DNA of 64,000 nt from Macrostomum lignano. Lineage: Eukaryota. Positions 23,401 to 36,300 of this stretch are shown here, piece by piece. Each line of letters opens with the position of its first letter. Position 1 is the first letter of the stretch. The stretch covers positions 109,218 through 173,217 of the forward strand of contig NIVC01000343.1 in NCBI GenBank assembly GCA_002269645.1, given 5' to 3'. The translations under genes and the position numbers were made by a program. The notes under the pieces are model-generated. The model was not told the origin of the DNA. It saw only the letters and a list, made by a program, of their open reading frames with translations, and did no database searches.

Positions 23401-26400
23401 GCGGGAGTAGCGGCCCCGCCTGCCCAGGCCGTAGAGGCAGTGGAAGGCCTGGTCAACGGCCAGGTAGCCCGGGTGGTCCGGTGGCGGCTGTTGGCGCAGC
23501 AGCAGCGGCACCAGACTAGCCACGGTGTAGTTCAGTAGTCGGCCATTGCTTCGCTGACAGCCGGCATTGCAGGCAGGCTGCTGACTTGGCGCCGCCGCCG
23601 CCGCCGCCACTGCCGCCGACGTCTCGTGCATCAGCTGGTGGGCCAGAATCAGCAGGCGGCCCGCAGATTCCAGCAGATTGGACTGACGCTGCCGCAGCTC
23701 CGCGCGTATTCTAGCTTCATCAACTTCGCCTGGGACCTGCATTTGACCGGATCCAGCGTCCGATGCTTTGACAGTTGCAGCTTCCGATGCGTTGACAGTT
23801 CCAGCTTCTGATGTGTTGACAGTTGCAGCTTCCGATGTGTTGACAGTTGCAGCTTCCGATGTGTTGACAGTTGCAGCTTCCGATGTGTTGACAGTTCCAG
23901 CTTCCGATGCGTTGACAGTTCCAGCTTCCGATGCGTTGACAGTTCCAGCTTCCGATGCGTTGACAGTTCCAGCTTCCGCTGCTTGACCAGTTCCAGCTTC
24001 CGATGCTTGACCAGTTCCAGCTTCCGATGCTTGACCAGTTCCAGCTTCCGATGCTTGACCAGTTCCAGCTTCCAACACGGGCTTCTCAGCAGCTGCATCA
24101 GAATCAACTTCCATAGCCTCGGCCACAGCTTCAATAACGCAATGGGCAGATACATGTACAGTATCCATGGACGTGTCATTTATCTGCTTCTCAGTTTCCT
24201 CAATCAAAAATACAAAGTGCCGGTGCAGGTAAATCCAAGCTTCCGCATCTGTGAGCGGCACTCGATGGCGCAGGCACCGGACAATGAGATCGGCGCACGC
24301 AGCCAGCTGAGCGCAAGTCTCGGCCAAGTCGGCTGGCCGGGCGCCCAGATGCTCCTGGCAGGCCAGCAGATTGCGAAACGCGAATGCCACGGTTGATGCT
24401 CGAACTGGGCGGGATTCGTCGGTTGCGGCCAGCAGCCGGAGCAGGCGGGCGCCGTGCGAATAGCACTGGGCGAGGTCGCCGAGGCGGTAACAGGAGCTCA
24501 CGAACATCTCGCAGATTTGCCTGCCAAGGATCGGGCGTTACAGAGATGGTTTTCAGGGGTGTTACAGGGATGGCTTTGAGGGGTGTTACAGGGATGGTTT
24601 TCAGGGGTGTTACAGGGATGGTTTTCAGGGGTGTTACAGGGATGGCTTTCAGGGGTGTTACAGGGATAGTTTTGAGGGGTGTTACAGGGATGGTTCTGAG
24701 GGGTGTTACAGGGATGGCTTTGAGGGGTGTTACAGAGATAGTTTTGAGGGGTGTTACAGGGATGGCTTTGAGGGGTGTTACAGGGATGGCTTTGAGGGGT
24801 GTTACAGGGATGGCTTTGAGGGGTGTTACAGGGATGGTTCTGAGGGGTGTTACAGGGATGGCTTTGAGGGGTGTTACAGGGATAGTTCTGAGGGGTGTTA
24901 CAGGGATGGTTTTGAGGGGTGTTACAGGAATGGGTTTGAGGGGCGTTACAGGAATGGCTTTGAGGGGTGTTACAGGGATGGCTTTGAGGGGTGTTACAGG
25001 GATGGCTTTGAGGGGTGTTACAGGGATAGTTTTGAGGGGTGTTACAGGGATTGTTCTAAGAGGTGTTACAGGGATGGTTGTGAGAGGTGTTACAGGGATG
25101 GTTTTGAGGGGTGTTACAGGGATGATTTTGGGGTTACAGAGATGATTTTGCGGGTGTTACAGAGAGTATTTTGTGGGTGTTACAGAGATGCTTTTGAGGG
25201 TTACAGAGATGATTTTGCGGGTGTTACATGAATAATGTTGGGGGGCCATACAGGAATGATTTTGGGGGTGTTACATCTTAATATTTAGGGATTTTTTAAG
25301 GCATTTTTCAAGGGGTTTTATTACGGGGCAAGACTGTTCAGGTGTTACAGGGACAGGATAAGATAGCTAATTAACTAAGATGTCACACCTGGCCCGTTCA
25401 GCACCGATTTCAGCAGTTGAAGCCGCATCGCTACAGCGCTCGCGAGCGTACAAAGCCGGTCGAAGAGCGGCCACCACGGCGGCCGAGTTGCCCGACCGAG
25501 CGGCAGCGGAGGCCAGCGCAAACTCGCGACCAGATTTGGCTGCCCGACGCAGCCGACGGAGAGCCGCCAAGTTGACAACTGGCCAGTCGGGCGAGTTGGG
25601 CGAGACCAGCGGCGAGTCCAGGCCGGCCGCCAGGTAGCCGAACGCCGCCTGATCGTCCAGTCCGCGCCGACACGCGGCGGAGAGCCGCAGCCGGGCCCAG
25701 GCCAGGCGCAGCAGCAGACGAGCCGGCGGCGACGCCAGGCGCAACAGCAGGCAGGCGATCGAGTGCGCCAGAGACTCCAAATTTGGCCAGCTGAGATCAG
25801 TGCTCACCCAATTGGCGGCATCCTTGACGCGGCGACGGTCCAATCGGAGCTCCAGGTGAGCCAGGGCCACCAGACAGAGCGACTCGGCTGGCAGGCAGTG
25901 CAACCCGCTGACGGACACGTTCGGATTCTCGGCCAGAATGCCGAGGCGCGGCCCGCTTAGGCGGAGGAAAGCTGCGGGCAATTCAGCGGGCCAGCGGAGT
26001 TCGAACTGTTCGGCGAGGAGGCCGCAGAACACGGCGGCGGCGTCGGCGGGGGTGTACAGCTCGGCAGACTCGGACAGTCGAGAAAGGAGCTCGTCCAGCC
26101 GGAACGGGCTCAACAGCTGGACAGCTGCCAATGCAGCGGAAGCGGCGGCATCAGCTTCACAATCGCCGTCATTGTCGTTGTCATCGTCGGAGCTGTCGCC
26201 GCTGCGGCCGGCGCAGTATCGTCTAGCAAAGTAAACGCCCGACAGTCGGCGAACGCAGCTGGGCAAGCAGCAGCGGCCGGAGGCGTCGAGCAGTCGCTGA
26301 AGTCGATCGGCAACCGCCGCGGCAGCCGAGGCGGCGTCAGACGAGCCAGCGGCAGCTGCCAGTTCGTCGTCATCGTCGTCGGAGTCCTCAGCGGTCGAGT

Positions 26401-28359
26401 CGCCGCCGCCGCTAGCGGAAGCGGAAGCGGAATTGGCGGAGGCGGCAGCCAAGCGGTTGGACCGGCGACTGCACAGCAGCTCAGCCGGGAAGGCCTGGCC
26501 CAGACTGGCCGTTGAAGACTTTGCCATCGAGGCCAGCTCAGCGGACGATGCGGGAGTAGCCAGTGGAGGTGGCGGAGGAGGCTCAGAAGCTTCATCATCC
26601 TGGACAGCAGGCAGCTGATCATCGGACTCCGAAACCAGCGCTGCGGGCACCAGGCGGATCAGCCTGTAGGCTCGGCAGCTGCCCCAGCTGTCTGCATCGT
26701 CAACTGTTGAAGTCGCGCACAGTTGCTCGAGCAGAGCCGCCATTGCAGTCCAATTGGAGGCTTCCGTCGGGCTAACTGGCACGAGTTCCGGCACTGACGG
26801 CTTCGCGGCAGCTGCTTCGGCAGACTGTGGATTTGTTCGCGCCTGCAGTATCGGTTTTGGGAGAGTGTAGCATTAGCTTAATGAGTCTCTAGCTGGAAGC
26901 TTAATGAGGCTGTATAGCATTAGCTTAATGAGTTTTTAGCTGGAGCCTAATGAGTCTGTAGCATTAGCTTAATGAGTCTTAGCTGGAAGCTTAATGAGTC
27001 TTTAGCTGAAAGCTTAATGAGGCTGTATAGCATTAGCTTAATGAGTCTGTAGCTGGAAGCTTAATGAGTCTTTAGCTGGAAGCTTAATGAGGCTGTATAG
27101 CATTAGCTTAATGAGTCTGTAGCTGGAGCCTAATGAGTCTGTAGCTGGAGGCTTAATGAGTCTGTAGCTGGAAGTTTAATGAGTCTGTAGCATTAGATTA
27201 ATGAGTCTGTAGCTGGAAGCTTAATGAGGCTGTATAGCATTAGCTTAATGAGTCTGTAGCTGGAGCCTAATGAGTCTGTAGCTGGAAGTTTAATGAGTCT
27301 GTAGCATTAGATTAATGAGTCTGTAGCTGGAGCCTAATGAGTCTGTAGCTGGAAGTTTAATGAGTCTGTAGCATTAGATTAATGAGTCTGTAGCTGGAGC
27401 CTAATGAGTCTGTAGCTGGAGCCTAATGAGTCTGTAGCTGGACGCTTACAGACGAACCAATAAACAGATGAAACATTCACCTGATGCTCCGCTCGCACAG
27501 CCATCAACTCTTTCCTATCAGCCTCCCACTCGCTCTCATCTACAGTTTTCAACTGAATCGCTGCAGCCAGCTTGGCCAGGGCCGAGCCCGCTGGCAGGCA
27601 GTTTGAAGCTGACGGTGCGCAGCGCAGATACTCGGCAACGCAGAAGGCGGCCCGACGGTGGCTCGGCAGGCGGTCCAGCAGCCGACCGCAGGCGGCTAGC
27701 CAAGTCTCTGGCTCGCCCATACAATAAGCAACAGACAGGCTGAGATCCAGAGCCGGCAGATGGTCGGGATTCAATTTCAAACAGGCGCGCAATGCGGAGG
27801 CGGCCAGGCGCAGGTCGCAGCTGAGGTAGGCCGACCAGGCCAGGTGAAAGGCGGCCGCAATGTCGCGCGGATCGGCCTCGACAGCGGCTGAAAGATGGCG
27901 CACGGCGAGGTCGAACCGCCTAGCCCAGCAGTGATGCTGACCGAGCTGACGGTGGCAGCTGGCGAGGATCTGGCGCAGGTGCTCCGATAGGTGAGCAGCC
28001 GCGGGACCGTCAAGGAAGATCCGGCTAGCAGTGATGGCCTCGAGAGAGCGCATGGCCTCTTCAACTGCGGGGCCGCCGCTGTCGCTGCCGGAGCCGGCGC
28101 CAATTTGCGCTAGACGCGCAAGCGCGCGCTGAAAACTGCGCGTCACAAGCGCCTCCTCGGTTTCGCGAGTGCCCGACGCGACAGCGGATTCATCCATAGC
28201 GGAGGAATTAGCCGACGATGAGGCATGGTTTGACTGGTGCCTGTGCTGCTGCTTGTTGCTATGCTGATGGTGCTGCTTGGCCTGCACAGCTCCAGATGCC
28301 GATGAAGCCGAGCTTGTGGGCGCCTGCGGCGGCGCCCCGTTCAAAGCGGCTATTCGGAG
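17410..28359 (-). CDS. CABIN1: Calcineurin-binding protein cabin-1 (HIRA complex TPR subunit), about 1877 aa; start Met not encoded in the first large exon
   Basis: Exons 28359-27481, 26842-25389, 24520-22998, 20570-20287, 19692-19112, 18785-18341, 17874-17410, total 5631 nt. CABIN1-like motifs: LRIAALN at the N-terminus, [86 protein letters not shown]. The exon 5 donor is uncertain. Confidence 0.9.
18000..18335. repeat. 20-bp minisatellite (aactcgaactcaaaatcccc), CABIN1 intron 6
   Basis: Direct inspection. Confidence 0.9.
18822..19084 (+). mobile_element. tRNA-derived SINE, family A, copy 2, inside CABIN1 intron 5
   Basis: A-box TAGCCTAGTGG and B-box GGTTCGATTCC. The 3' half is almost identical to 6530-6665. 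Possible TSD aaatatata. Confidence 0.8.
19868..20130. repeat. (GGAGA)n polypurine microsatellite, CABIN1 intron 4
   Basis: Direct inspection. Confidence 0.95.
20692..22982. repeat. Composite minisatellite (core ttatgagcgattc with alternative spacers), CABIN1 intron 3
   Basis: Direct inspection. Confidence 0.95.
23765..24075. repeat. Coding 24-bp tandem repeat in CABIN1 exon 3 (EAGTGQAS/EAGTVNAS/EAATVNTS)
   Basis: In frame within ORF 22927-24507. Confidence 0.92.
24530..25350. repeat. 24-bp minisatellite (aggggtgttacagggatggctttg), CABIN1 intron 2
   Basis: Direct inspection. Confidence 0.95.
26865..27442. repeat. About 22-23 bp minisatellite (ttaatgagtctgtagc plus tggaagc/attagc), CABIN1 intron 1
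   Basis: Direct inspection. Confidence 0.93.
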
Positions 28360-28464
28360 CTGAAGGCGTGCAACACGGAGGTTCCTTAGTTAATACTGCT
28401 ACTAGGCTCTCTTAAACAGGGCGCAGTCATCACAAGCCCGAAAGTTTGCATCGCCGAAAAGATT

Positions 28465-28750
28465 TAGATCTATTAGGTCTTATGAAATTAAGATCTTATA
28501 AAATTTAGGTCTTGAGAAGTTTAGGGGTTATGAGATTTAGGTCTGATGAAATTAAGATCTTATAAAATTTAGGTCTTGAGAAGTATAGGGGTTATGAGAT
28601 TTAGGTCTGATGAAATTATTATTAAGATCTTATGAAATTTAGGTCTCGAGAAGTTTATGGGTTATGAAATTTAGGTCTGATGAAATTAAGATCTTATGAA
28701 ATTTAGGTCTTAAGAAGTTTTATGCTTTGTGACATTTAGGTCTTATGGCC
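28465..28750. repeat. Degenerate short-period repeat (ttatgaaatttaggtc) upstream of the CABIN1 acceptor
   Basis: Direct inspection. Confidence 0.8.
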
Positions 28751-29270
28751 GAACAAATCACTCCCCTCTTAAACCGGGTGCAGCTTGTACTTTTATTCTG
28801 TACATTCTGTACAATCACAGCATGGCATTAAACTAAAGCTAGAGTCTATTTATTATCTTCATACTAACCGCGGCCAACTCTGCTTAACTCGTAACCCACC
28901 AGTATAACAAAGGAAGCAAATGCAGAGAATTAAAAAGCGAAAGTTAAAAGTTCAGAACAGCAACATTGTTATTGTTAAAATGGACACTCGAGTATTGAAA
29001 GCTGTCTATTTTCCCAGTCGAAAAAATCTCGCAAACAAAAATCAATACTCCACACTGATAGCGCATAAACAAATTAATATATAATAAGGAATCATCAGAA
29101 TGCATCATCTATCATATCAGTAAGCTCCACACTAGTTGAGTACATTGGGAATTAAACCACGTTTTCTTAGAAATTAATCAAGAACAGACTTTCTTAGATT
29201 TGGCTTGTAAAATGCTAAATATCTTAATTTTACTGTTTTAACATACTACTGATGTAAGTAGGCCAACTCT

Positions 29271-29644
29271 GGGGGGCCGTAGCCCAGCGGTAGCGCAGCT
29301 GCTCTGGTGTGCCGCGACCCAGGCTCGATTCCAAGTGCAGCCACATTAATTTGGGGCTGGATTGGAATCTTGGCTTGGCTCGCTTGTGCAATTAACGGCC
29401 TTGAGAGCCAACCCCCCCAAGGCGCAGTGAAGTGTACATGCCTAACAATTGATAAAAGTTAGGGCCGCTGTACACTCCTGTGTGAGTGTGTGCCTGCGTA
29501 CGTATCCGCGCGCTTGTATGCCTGCTCAGGGGAGTCGGCGGAATGGGCAGTAATGCCTCTCGCCGGTTGTGTGCCTATGACGCTTAAATTGCGCCAGGGT
29601 GCACACAACCCCCCTGCCTCTAAAAAAAAAAAAATAAATAAAAA
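29271..29644 (+). mobile_element. Full-length tRNA-derived SINE, family B, with A-rich tail and 15-bp TSD
   Basis: A-box TAGCCCAGCGG, B-box GGCTCGATTCC, A-rich tail. TSD aagtaggccaactct at 29256-29270 and 29645-29659. Confidence 0.88.
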
Positions 29645-30336
29645 AAGTAGGCCAACTCTCAAACACATGTATTTGCAGAAAACACAGACAAAAACGCAAA
29701 GTTAAACGCGCATACACAGCAAATAGTTTACAACCGTATTAATTCTCTATCTTTATGCTTATATCTTTATCTTTGGTCCCTAGCGCGCAGTAGTAATATT
29801 ACTAATACAATATAGCTACTACAATTGCTACAGAATGTTTTGTATTTAAGTAGTTTGGCCACTTCCAAAAACAAAAACAAACGGATAAAATTATTTTAGA
29901 AAATTACGCGTATACAAGCCGTTTGTTTCTTGGAATTTTTTGAAGGCCTGTCAATGCTTATAGCTAGCTTATATTGAACAAAAACTCATATTAATTTTAT
30001 AAGAAATCAATCGGCCATATGTCGGTAATGCATTTCCAAGAAACGTGCGCACTGCACCACAATAGCAAACATCGAATGACACAATACAAGAAGACAAAAT
30101 AGCGTTAACGACTCCTTGGAATAATACGGTTCGCACGAAAAAACAACAATAAATTTATACGGTAAAATATATTCCTTATATACTACTACCATATAAGCCA
30201 TTTGTTACAGCAATTCAGTAGTATAATAGTAGAACAAGAAAAATAAAACTCTAACACAAAAGATTACATAAGAAGCAAATTTTCAATTGAAAGCAGGGGC
30301 GCTTACTCAATAAGAAGAAAAGCGCGACGATATTGA

Positions 30337-33300
30337 TCAGTTAAAGAGTAAATTGTGCGGATCGATATTGTGCAGATATTCAATATGCCGCAGCACATCT
30401 TTTCGCGTGATAATACCCAATAGACGGCCATTGTGCGTCACCAGAGTCTGTCTAAGGCCCAGCTTTCGAAACATCTCCAGGACAACTTCCATTGGAGTCT
30501 GGTCTGTCACTGTGATTGGCGACTGAAAGCGGTTTGCATTGAAATTATTCACTTTTATTGAGTCAGTTAACACTCTAGTTTGTGAAATGTCTAGTTTGTG
30601 AAGTCTAGTTCGTGAAATATCTAGTTTGTGAAGTGACTAGTTTGTGAAATATCTAGTTTGTGAAGTGACTAGTTTGTGAAATATCTAGTTTGTGAAATAT
30701 CTAGTTTGTGAAATATCTAGTTTGTGAAGTGTCTAGTTTGTGAAGTGTCTAGTTTGTGAAGTGACTAGTTTGTGAAATGTCTAGTTTGTGAAATATCTAG
30801 TTTGTGAAGTGACTAGTTTGTGAAATATCTAGTTTGTGAAATATCTAGTTTGTGAAATGTCTAGTTTGTGAAATATCTAGTTTGTGAAGTGTCTAGTTTG
30901 TGAAATATCTAGTTTGTGAAGTGACTAGTTTGTGAAATATCTAGTTTGTGAAATGTCTAGTTTGTGAAGTGTCTAGTTTGTGAAATGTCTAGTTTGTGAA
31001 GTGACTAGTTGGTGAAATGTCTAGTTTGTGTAGTGTCTAGTTTGTGAAATGTCTAGTTTGTGAATTGTCTAGTTTGTGAATTGTCTAGTTTGTGAAGTGT
31101 CTAGTTGGTGAAATGTCTAGTTTGTGAAGTGTCTAGTTTGTGAAATGTCTAGTTTGTGAAATGTCTAGTTTGTGAAGTGACTAGTTTGTGAAGTGACTAG
31201 TTTGTGAAATATCTAGTTTGTGAAATGTCTAGTTTGTGAAATGTCTAGTTTGTGAAATGTCTAGTTTGTGAAATGTCTAGTTTGTGAAGTGACTAGTTTG
31301 TGAAATATCTAGTTTGTGAAATGTCTAGTTTGTGAAATGTCTAGTTTGTGAAATGTCTAGTTTGTGAAATGTCTAGTTTGTGAAGTGACTAGTTTGTGAA
31401 ATATCTAGTTTGTGAAATGTCTAGTTTGTGAAATGTCTAGTTTGTGAAATATCTAGTTTGTGAAATGTCTAGTTTGTAAAGTGACTAGTTGGTGAAATGT
31501 CTAGTTTGTGAAGTGTCTAGTTTGTGAAGTGTCTAGTTTGTGAAGTGTCTAGTTTGTGAAATATCTAGTTTGTGAAATATCTAGTTTGTGAAGTGTCTAG
31601 TTTGTGAAGTGTCTAGTTTGTGAAATGTCTAGTTTGTGAAATGTCTAGTTTGTGAAGTGACTAGTTTGTGAAATATCTAGTTTGTGAAATGTCTAGTTTG
31701 TGAAATATCTAGTTTGTGAAGTGTCTAGTTTGTGAAATATCTAGTTTGTGAAATATCTAGTTTGTGAAATATCTAGTTTGTGAAATGTCTAGTTTGTGAA
31801 ATATCTAGTTTGTGAAGTGTCTAGTTTGTGAAATATCTAGTTTGTGAAATGTCTAGTTTGTGAAATGTCTAGTTTGTGAAATGTCTAGTTTGTGAAATAT
31901 CTAGTTTGTGAAGTGTCTAGTTTGTGAAATATCTAGTTTGTGAAGTGACTAGTTTGTGAAATGTCTAGTTTGTGAAATATCTAGTTTGTGAAGTGACTAG
32001 TTTGTGAAATATCTAGTTTGTGAAATATCTAGTTTGTGAAGTGACTAGTTTGTGAAATGTCTAGTTTGTGAAATATCTAGTTTGTGAAATGTCTAGTTTG
32101 TGAAATGTCTAGTTTGTGAAATATCTAGTTTGTGAAGTGTCTAGTTTGTGAAATATCTAGTTTGTGAAATATCTAGTTTGTGAAATGTCTAGTTTGTGAA
32201 GTGTCTAGTTTGTGAAATGTCTAGTTTGTGAAATGTCGAGTTTGTGAAATATCTAGTTTGTGAAGTGACTAGTTTGTGAAATATCTAGTTTGTGAAGTGA
32301 CTAGTTTGTGAAATGTCTAGTTTGTGAAATATCTAGTTTGTGAAGTGACTAGTTGGTGAAATGTCTAGTTTGTGAAATATCTAGTTTGTGAAGTGACTAG
32401 TTTGTGAAATATCTAGTTTGTGAAGTGACTAGTTGGTGAAATGTCTAGTTTGTGAAATGTCTAGTTTGTGAATTGTCTAGTTTGTGAAATATCTAGTTTG
32501 TGAAATGTCTAGTTTGTGAAATGTCTAGTTTGTGAAATGTCTAGTTTGTGAAGTGACTAGTTTGTGAAATATCTAGTTTGTGAAATGTCTAGTTTGTGAA
32601 TTGTCTAGTTTGTGAAGTGTCTAGTTTGTGAAATGTCTAGTTTGTGAAGTGACTAGTTTGTGAAATGTCTAGTTTGTGAAGTGTCTAGTTTGTGAAGTGT
32701 CTAGTTTGTGAAATGTCTAGTTTGTGAAATGTCTAGTTTGTGAAATGTCTAGTTTGTGAAATGTCTAGTTTTCGAAGCGGCTAGTTTGTGAAAAATCTAG
32801 TTGTGAACTCCTGTACTTTAACGCTATGTTTGTGCGGCAAATTGCAGTACATACCAAGTCAACAACCCGTCTCAGCTTGAGCTCAGGCGGCTGGTCCGAC
32901 CGTCTGGCGTCGCCGCCGTGGGTCAGACGTTCGGTGAAGTACACCAGCGACTCGCTTACTATGCCATCCTCGTGCTTGCGCGAGTACTCTTGAATAAATT
33001 TGCGAAAATTGGATTCATAATTTAATTTTTTTTCTGAGCATCAATGTTCAATACTACTTGCAGTAGAAATATATGAACATGGTAACTGTGTGGGGTCTAA
33101 CTCCACAACCATAGACACAATCTGCCATTGTCCGACTCCACAGCCATAGACACAATATGCCATTGTCTAACTCCACAACCATAGACACAATATGCCATTG
33201 TTTGACTCCACAACCATAGACACAATCTGCCATTGTCTGACTCCACAACCATAGACACAATCTGCCATTGTCTGACTCCACAACCATAGACACAATCTGC

Positions 33301-36300
33301 CATTGTCTAACTCCACAACCATAGACACAATATGCCATTGTTTGACTCCACAACCATAGACACAATATGCCATTGTTTGACTCCACAACCATAGACACAA
33401 TCTGCCATTGTCTGACTCCACAACCATAGACACAATCTGCCATTGTCTGACTCCACAACCATAGACACAATATGCCATTGTCTGACTCCACAACCATAGA
33501 CACAATATGCCATTGGTTGACTCCCCAACCATAGACACAATATGCCATTGACTGACTCCCCAACCATAGACACAATCTGCCATTGGCTGACTCCACAACC
33601 ATAGACACAATCTGCCATTGGCTGACTCCACAACCATAGACACAATCTGCCATTGGCTGACTCCCCAGCCATAGACACAATCTGCCATTGTCTGACTCCA
33701 CAACCATAGACACAATCTGCCATTGTCTGACTCCACAACCATAGACACAATCTGCCATTGGCTGACCCCTCAACCATAGACACAATCTGCAATTGTCTGA
33801 CTCCACAACCATAGACACAATCTGCCATTGACTGACTCCCCAACCATAGACACAATATGCCATTGTTTGACTCCACAACCATAGACACAATATGCCATTG
33901 TGTGACTCCACAACCATAGACACAATCTGCCATTGGCTGACTCCCCAACCATAGACACAATCTGCCATTGGCTGACTCCCCAGCCATAGACACAATCTGC
34001 CATTGTCTGACTCCACAACCATAGACACAATCTGCCATTGGTTGACTCCACAACCATAGACACAATCTGCCATTGGTTGACTCCACAACCATAGACACAA
34101 TCTGCCATTGGTTGACTCCACAACCATAGACACAATATGCCATTGTGTGACTCCACAACCATAGACACAATCTGCCATTGGCTGACTCCACAACCATAGA
34201 CACAATCTGCCATTGGCTGACTCCCCAACCATAGACACAATCTGCCATTGGTTGACTCCACAACCATAGACACAATATGCCATTGTCTGACTCCACAACC
34301 ATAGACACAATCTGCCATTGGCTGACTCCACAACCGTAGACACAATCTGCCATTGGCTGACTCCACAACCATAGACACAATATGCCATTGTCTGACTCCA
34401 CAACCATAGACACAATATGCCATTGTCTGACTCCACAACCATAGACACAATCTGCCATTGGCTGACTCCCCAACCATAGACACAATCTGCCATTGGCTGA
34501 CTCCACAACCATAGACACAATCTGCCATTGGCTGACTCCACAACCATAGACACAATCTGCCATTGTCTGACTCCACAACCATAGACACAATATGCCATTG
34601 TGATCAATGGGATCCATGCTTATTATAATCAATACGAAGAGAGAATTTCTCACCAATTGCCAAAGCCAATTCCTGCTTAGTAACAAAGCCAACCAAATAG
34701 TGCGAATGCTCGGAAACAACAATAGGAAAGCCGTTAACATCGGAGTTAGTTAGCAGACGTTCCACAGCTTCCACAGTCATAGAGTCTTGATAAAGTAATT
34801 TAAGCGCCGGTTCGCCAGGCCTGGGCCGCATAATGTCTGCGGCTATAGTGGTATGCGTGAACTCGTCCTTATTATCTAGGAACGGATAGCCGTTCAACCG
34901 GACGTGCTCCTCATAGATACCGTGCTTAGTGATGGCTTCGCCAACGCATTTGGATGTGACAGCCGCTATCATTAGTGGCACAATGTACTGCAGGCCGCCC
35001 GTTAGTTCAAGCATGATGGCTACCAGAGACAGAGTCATTCTGGTCACTCCGCCCAGAGCCGCGGCAGCCCCGATCATGGCGTACAGGCCGCTGTTGATGC
35101 ACGGCTGGCCGACTCGGCAGAACAGGCGGAACGGGAAGGCCTCCATGTTGGAGACGGCCACCTGTTCTAGAAGGTTGCCAAGGACGCGACCGGCTATGGC
35201 GCCAACAGCTAGGGACGGGATGAACAGGCCGGATGGAACCTGCAGGGGGTGAGACCGGCCGGGCTATTAGCAGCATCAGCTGTCTGCCTACCTACCACTT
35301 TCACCTGTCTACTGATTTGTTTAGCAACTGGCCTCTCACAGCTGACCTCTCTTTACTCTATCTAGCCTCAATTAGTCTCAATCATCACTCTACTCAATCA
35401 CTCTACTCTATCTAGTGTCATTTAGTCAGTCTCTACTCTATCTGGTCTCATTTTAGTCACTCTCTATTCTATCTAGTCTCAGTTCTAGCCAGTCTCTACT
35501 CTATCTAGTCTCAGTTCTAGTCAGTCTCTACTCTATCTAGTCTCAGTTCTAGCCAGTCTCTACTCTATCTAGTCTCAGTTCTAGTCACTCTATTCTATCT
35601 AGTCTCAGTTCTAGTCACTCTATTCTATCTAGTCTCAGTTCTAGTCACTCTCTATTCTATCTAGTCTCAGTTCTAGCCAGTCTCTACTCTATCTAGTCTC
35701 AGTTCTAGTCAGTCTCTACTCTATCTAGTCTCAGTTCTAGTCACTCTATTCTATCTAGTCTCAGTTCTAGTCACTCTCTACTCTATCTAGTCTCAGTTCT
35801 AGTCACTCTCTATTCTATCTAGTCTCAGTTCTAGTCACTCTATTCTATCTAGTCTCAGTTCTAGTCACTCTCTACTATATCTAGTCTCAGTTCTAGTCAC
35901 TCTCTACTCTATCTAGTCTCAGTTCTAGTCACTCTCTACTATATCTAGTCTCAGTTCTAGTCACTCTATTCTATCTAGTCTCAGTTCTAGTCACTCTATT
36001 CTATCTAGTCTCAGTTCTAGTCACTCTCTACTATATCTAGTCTCAGTTCTAGTCACTCTCTACTCTATCTAGTCTCAGTTCTAGTCTCTCTCTACTCTAT
36101 CTAGTCTCAGTTCTAGTCACTCTCTACTCTATCTGGTCTCAGTTCTAGTCACTCTATTCTATCTAGTCTCAGTTCTAGTCACTCTCTATTCTATCTAGTC
36201 TCAGTTCTAGTCACTCTCTATTCTATCTAGTCTCAGTTCTAGTCACTCTCTACTCTATCTAGTCTCAGTTCTAGTCACTCTCTATTCTATCTAGTCTCAG

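Noticed and set aside
33054-34740. 477-517 aa Cys/Trp-rich ORFs
   Set aside because: These are translations of a 35-bp intronic minisatellite; only 34654-35239 is a CLC exon.
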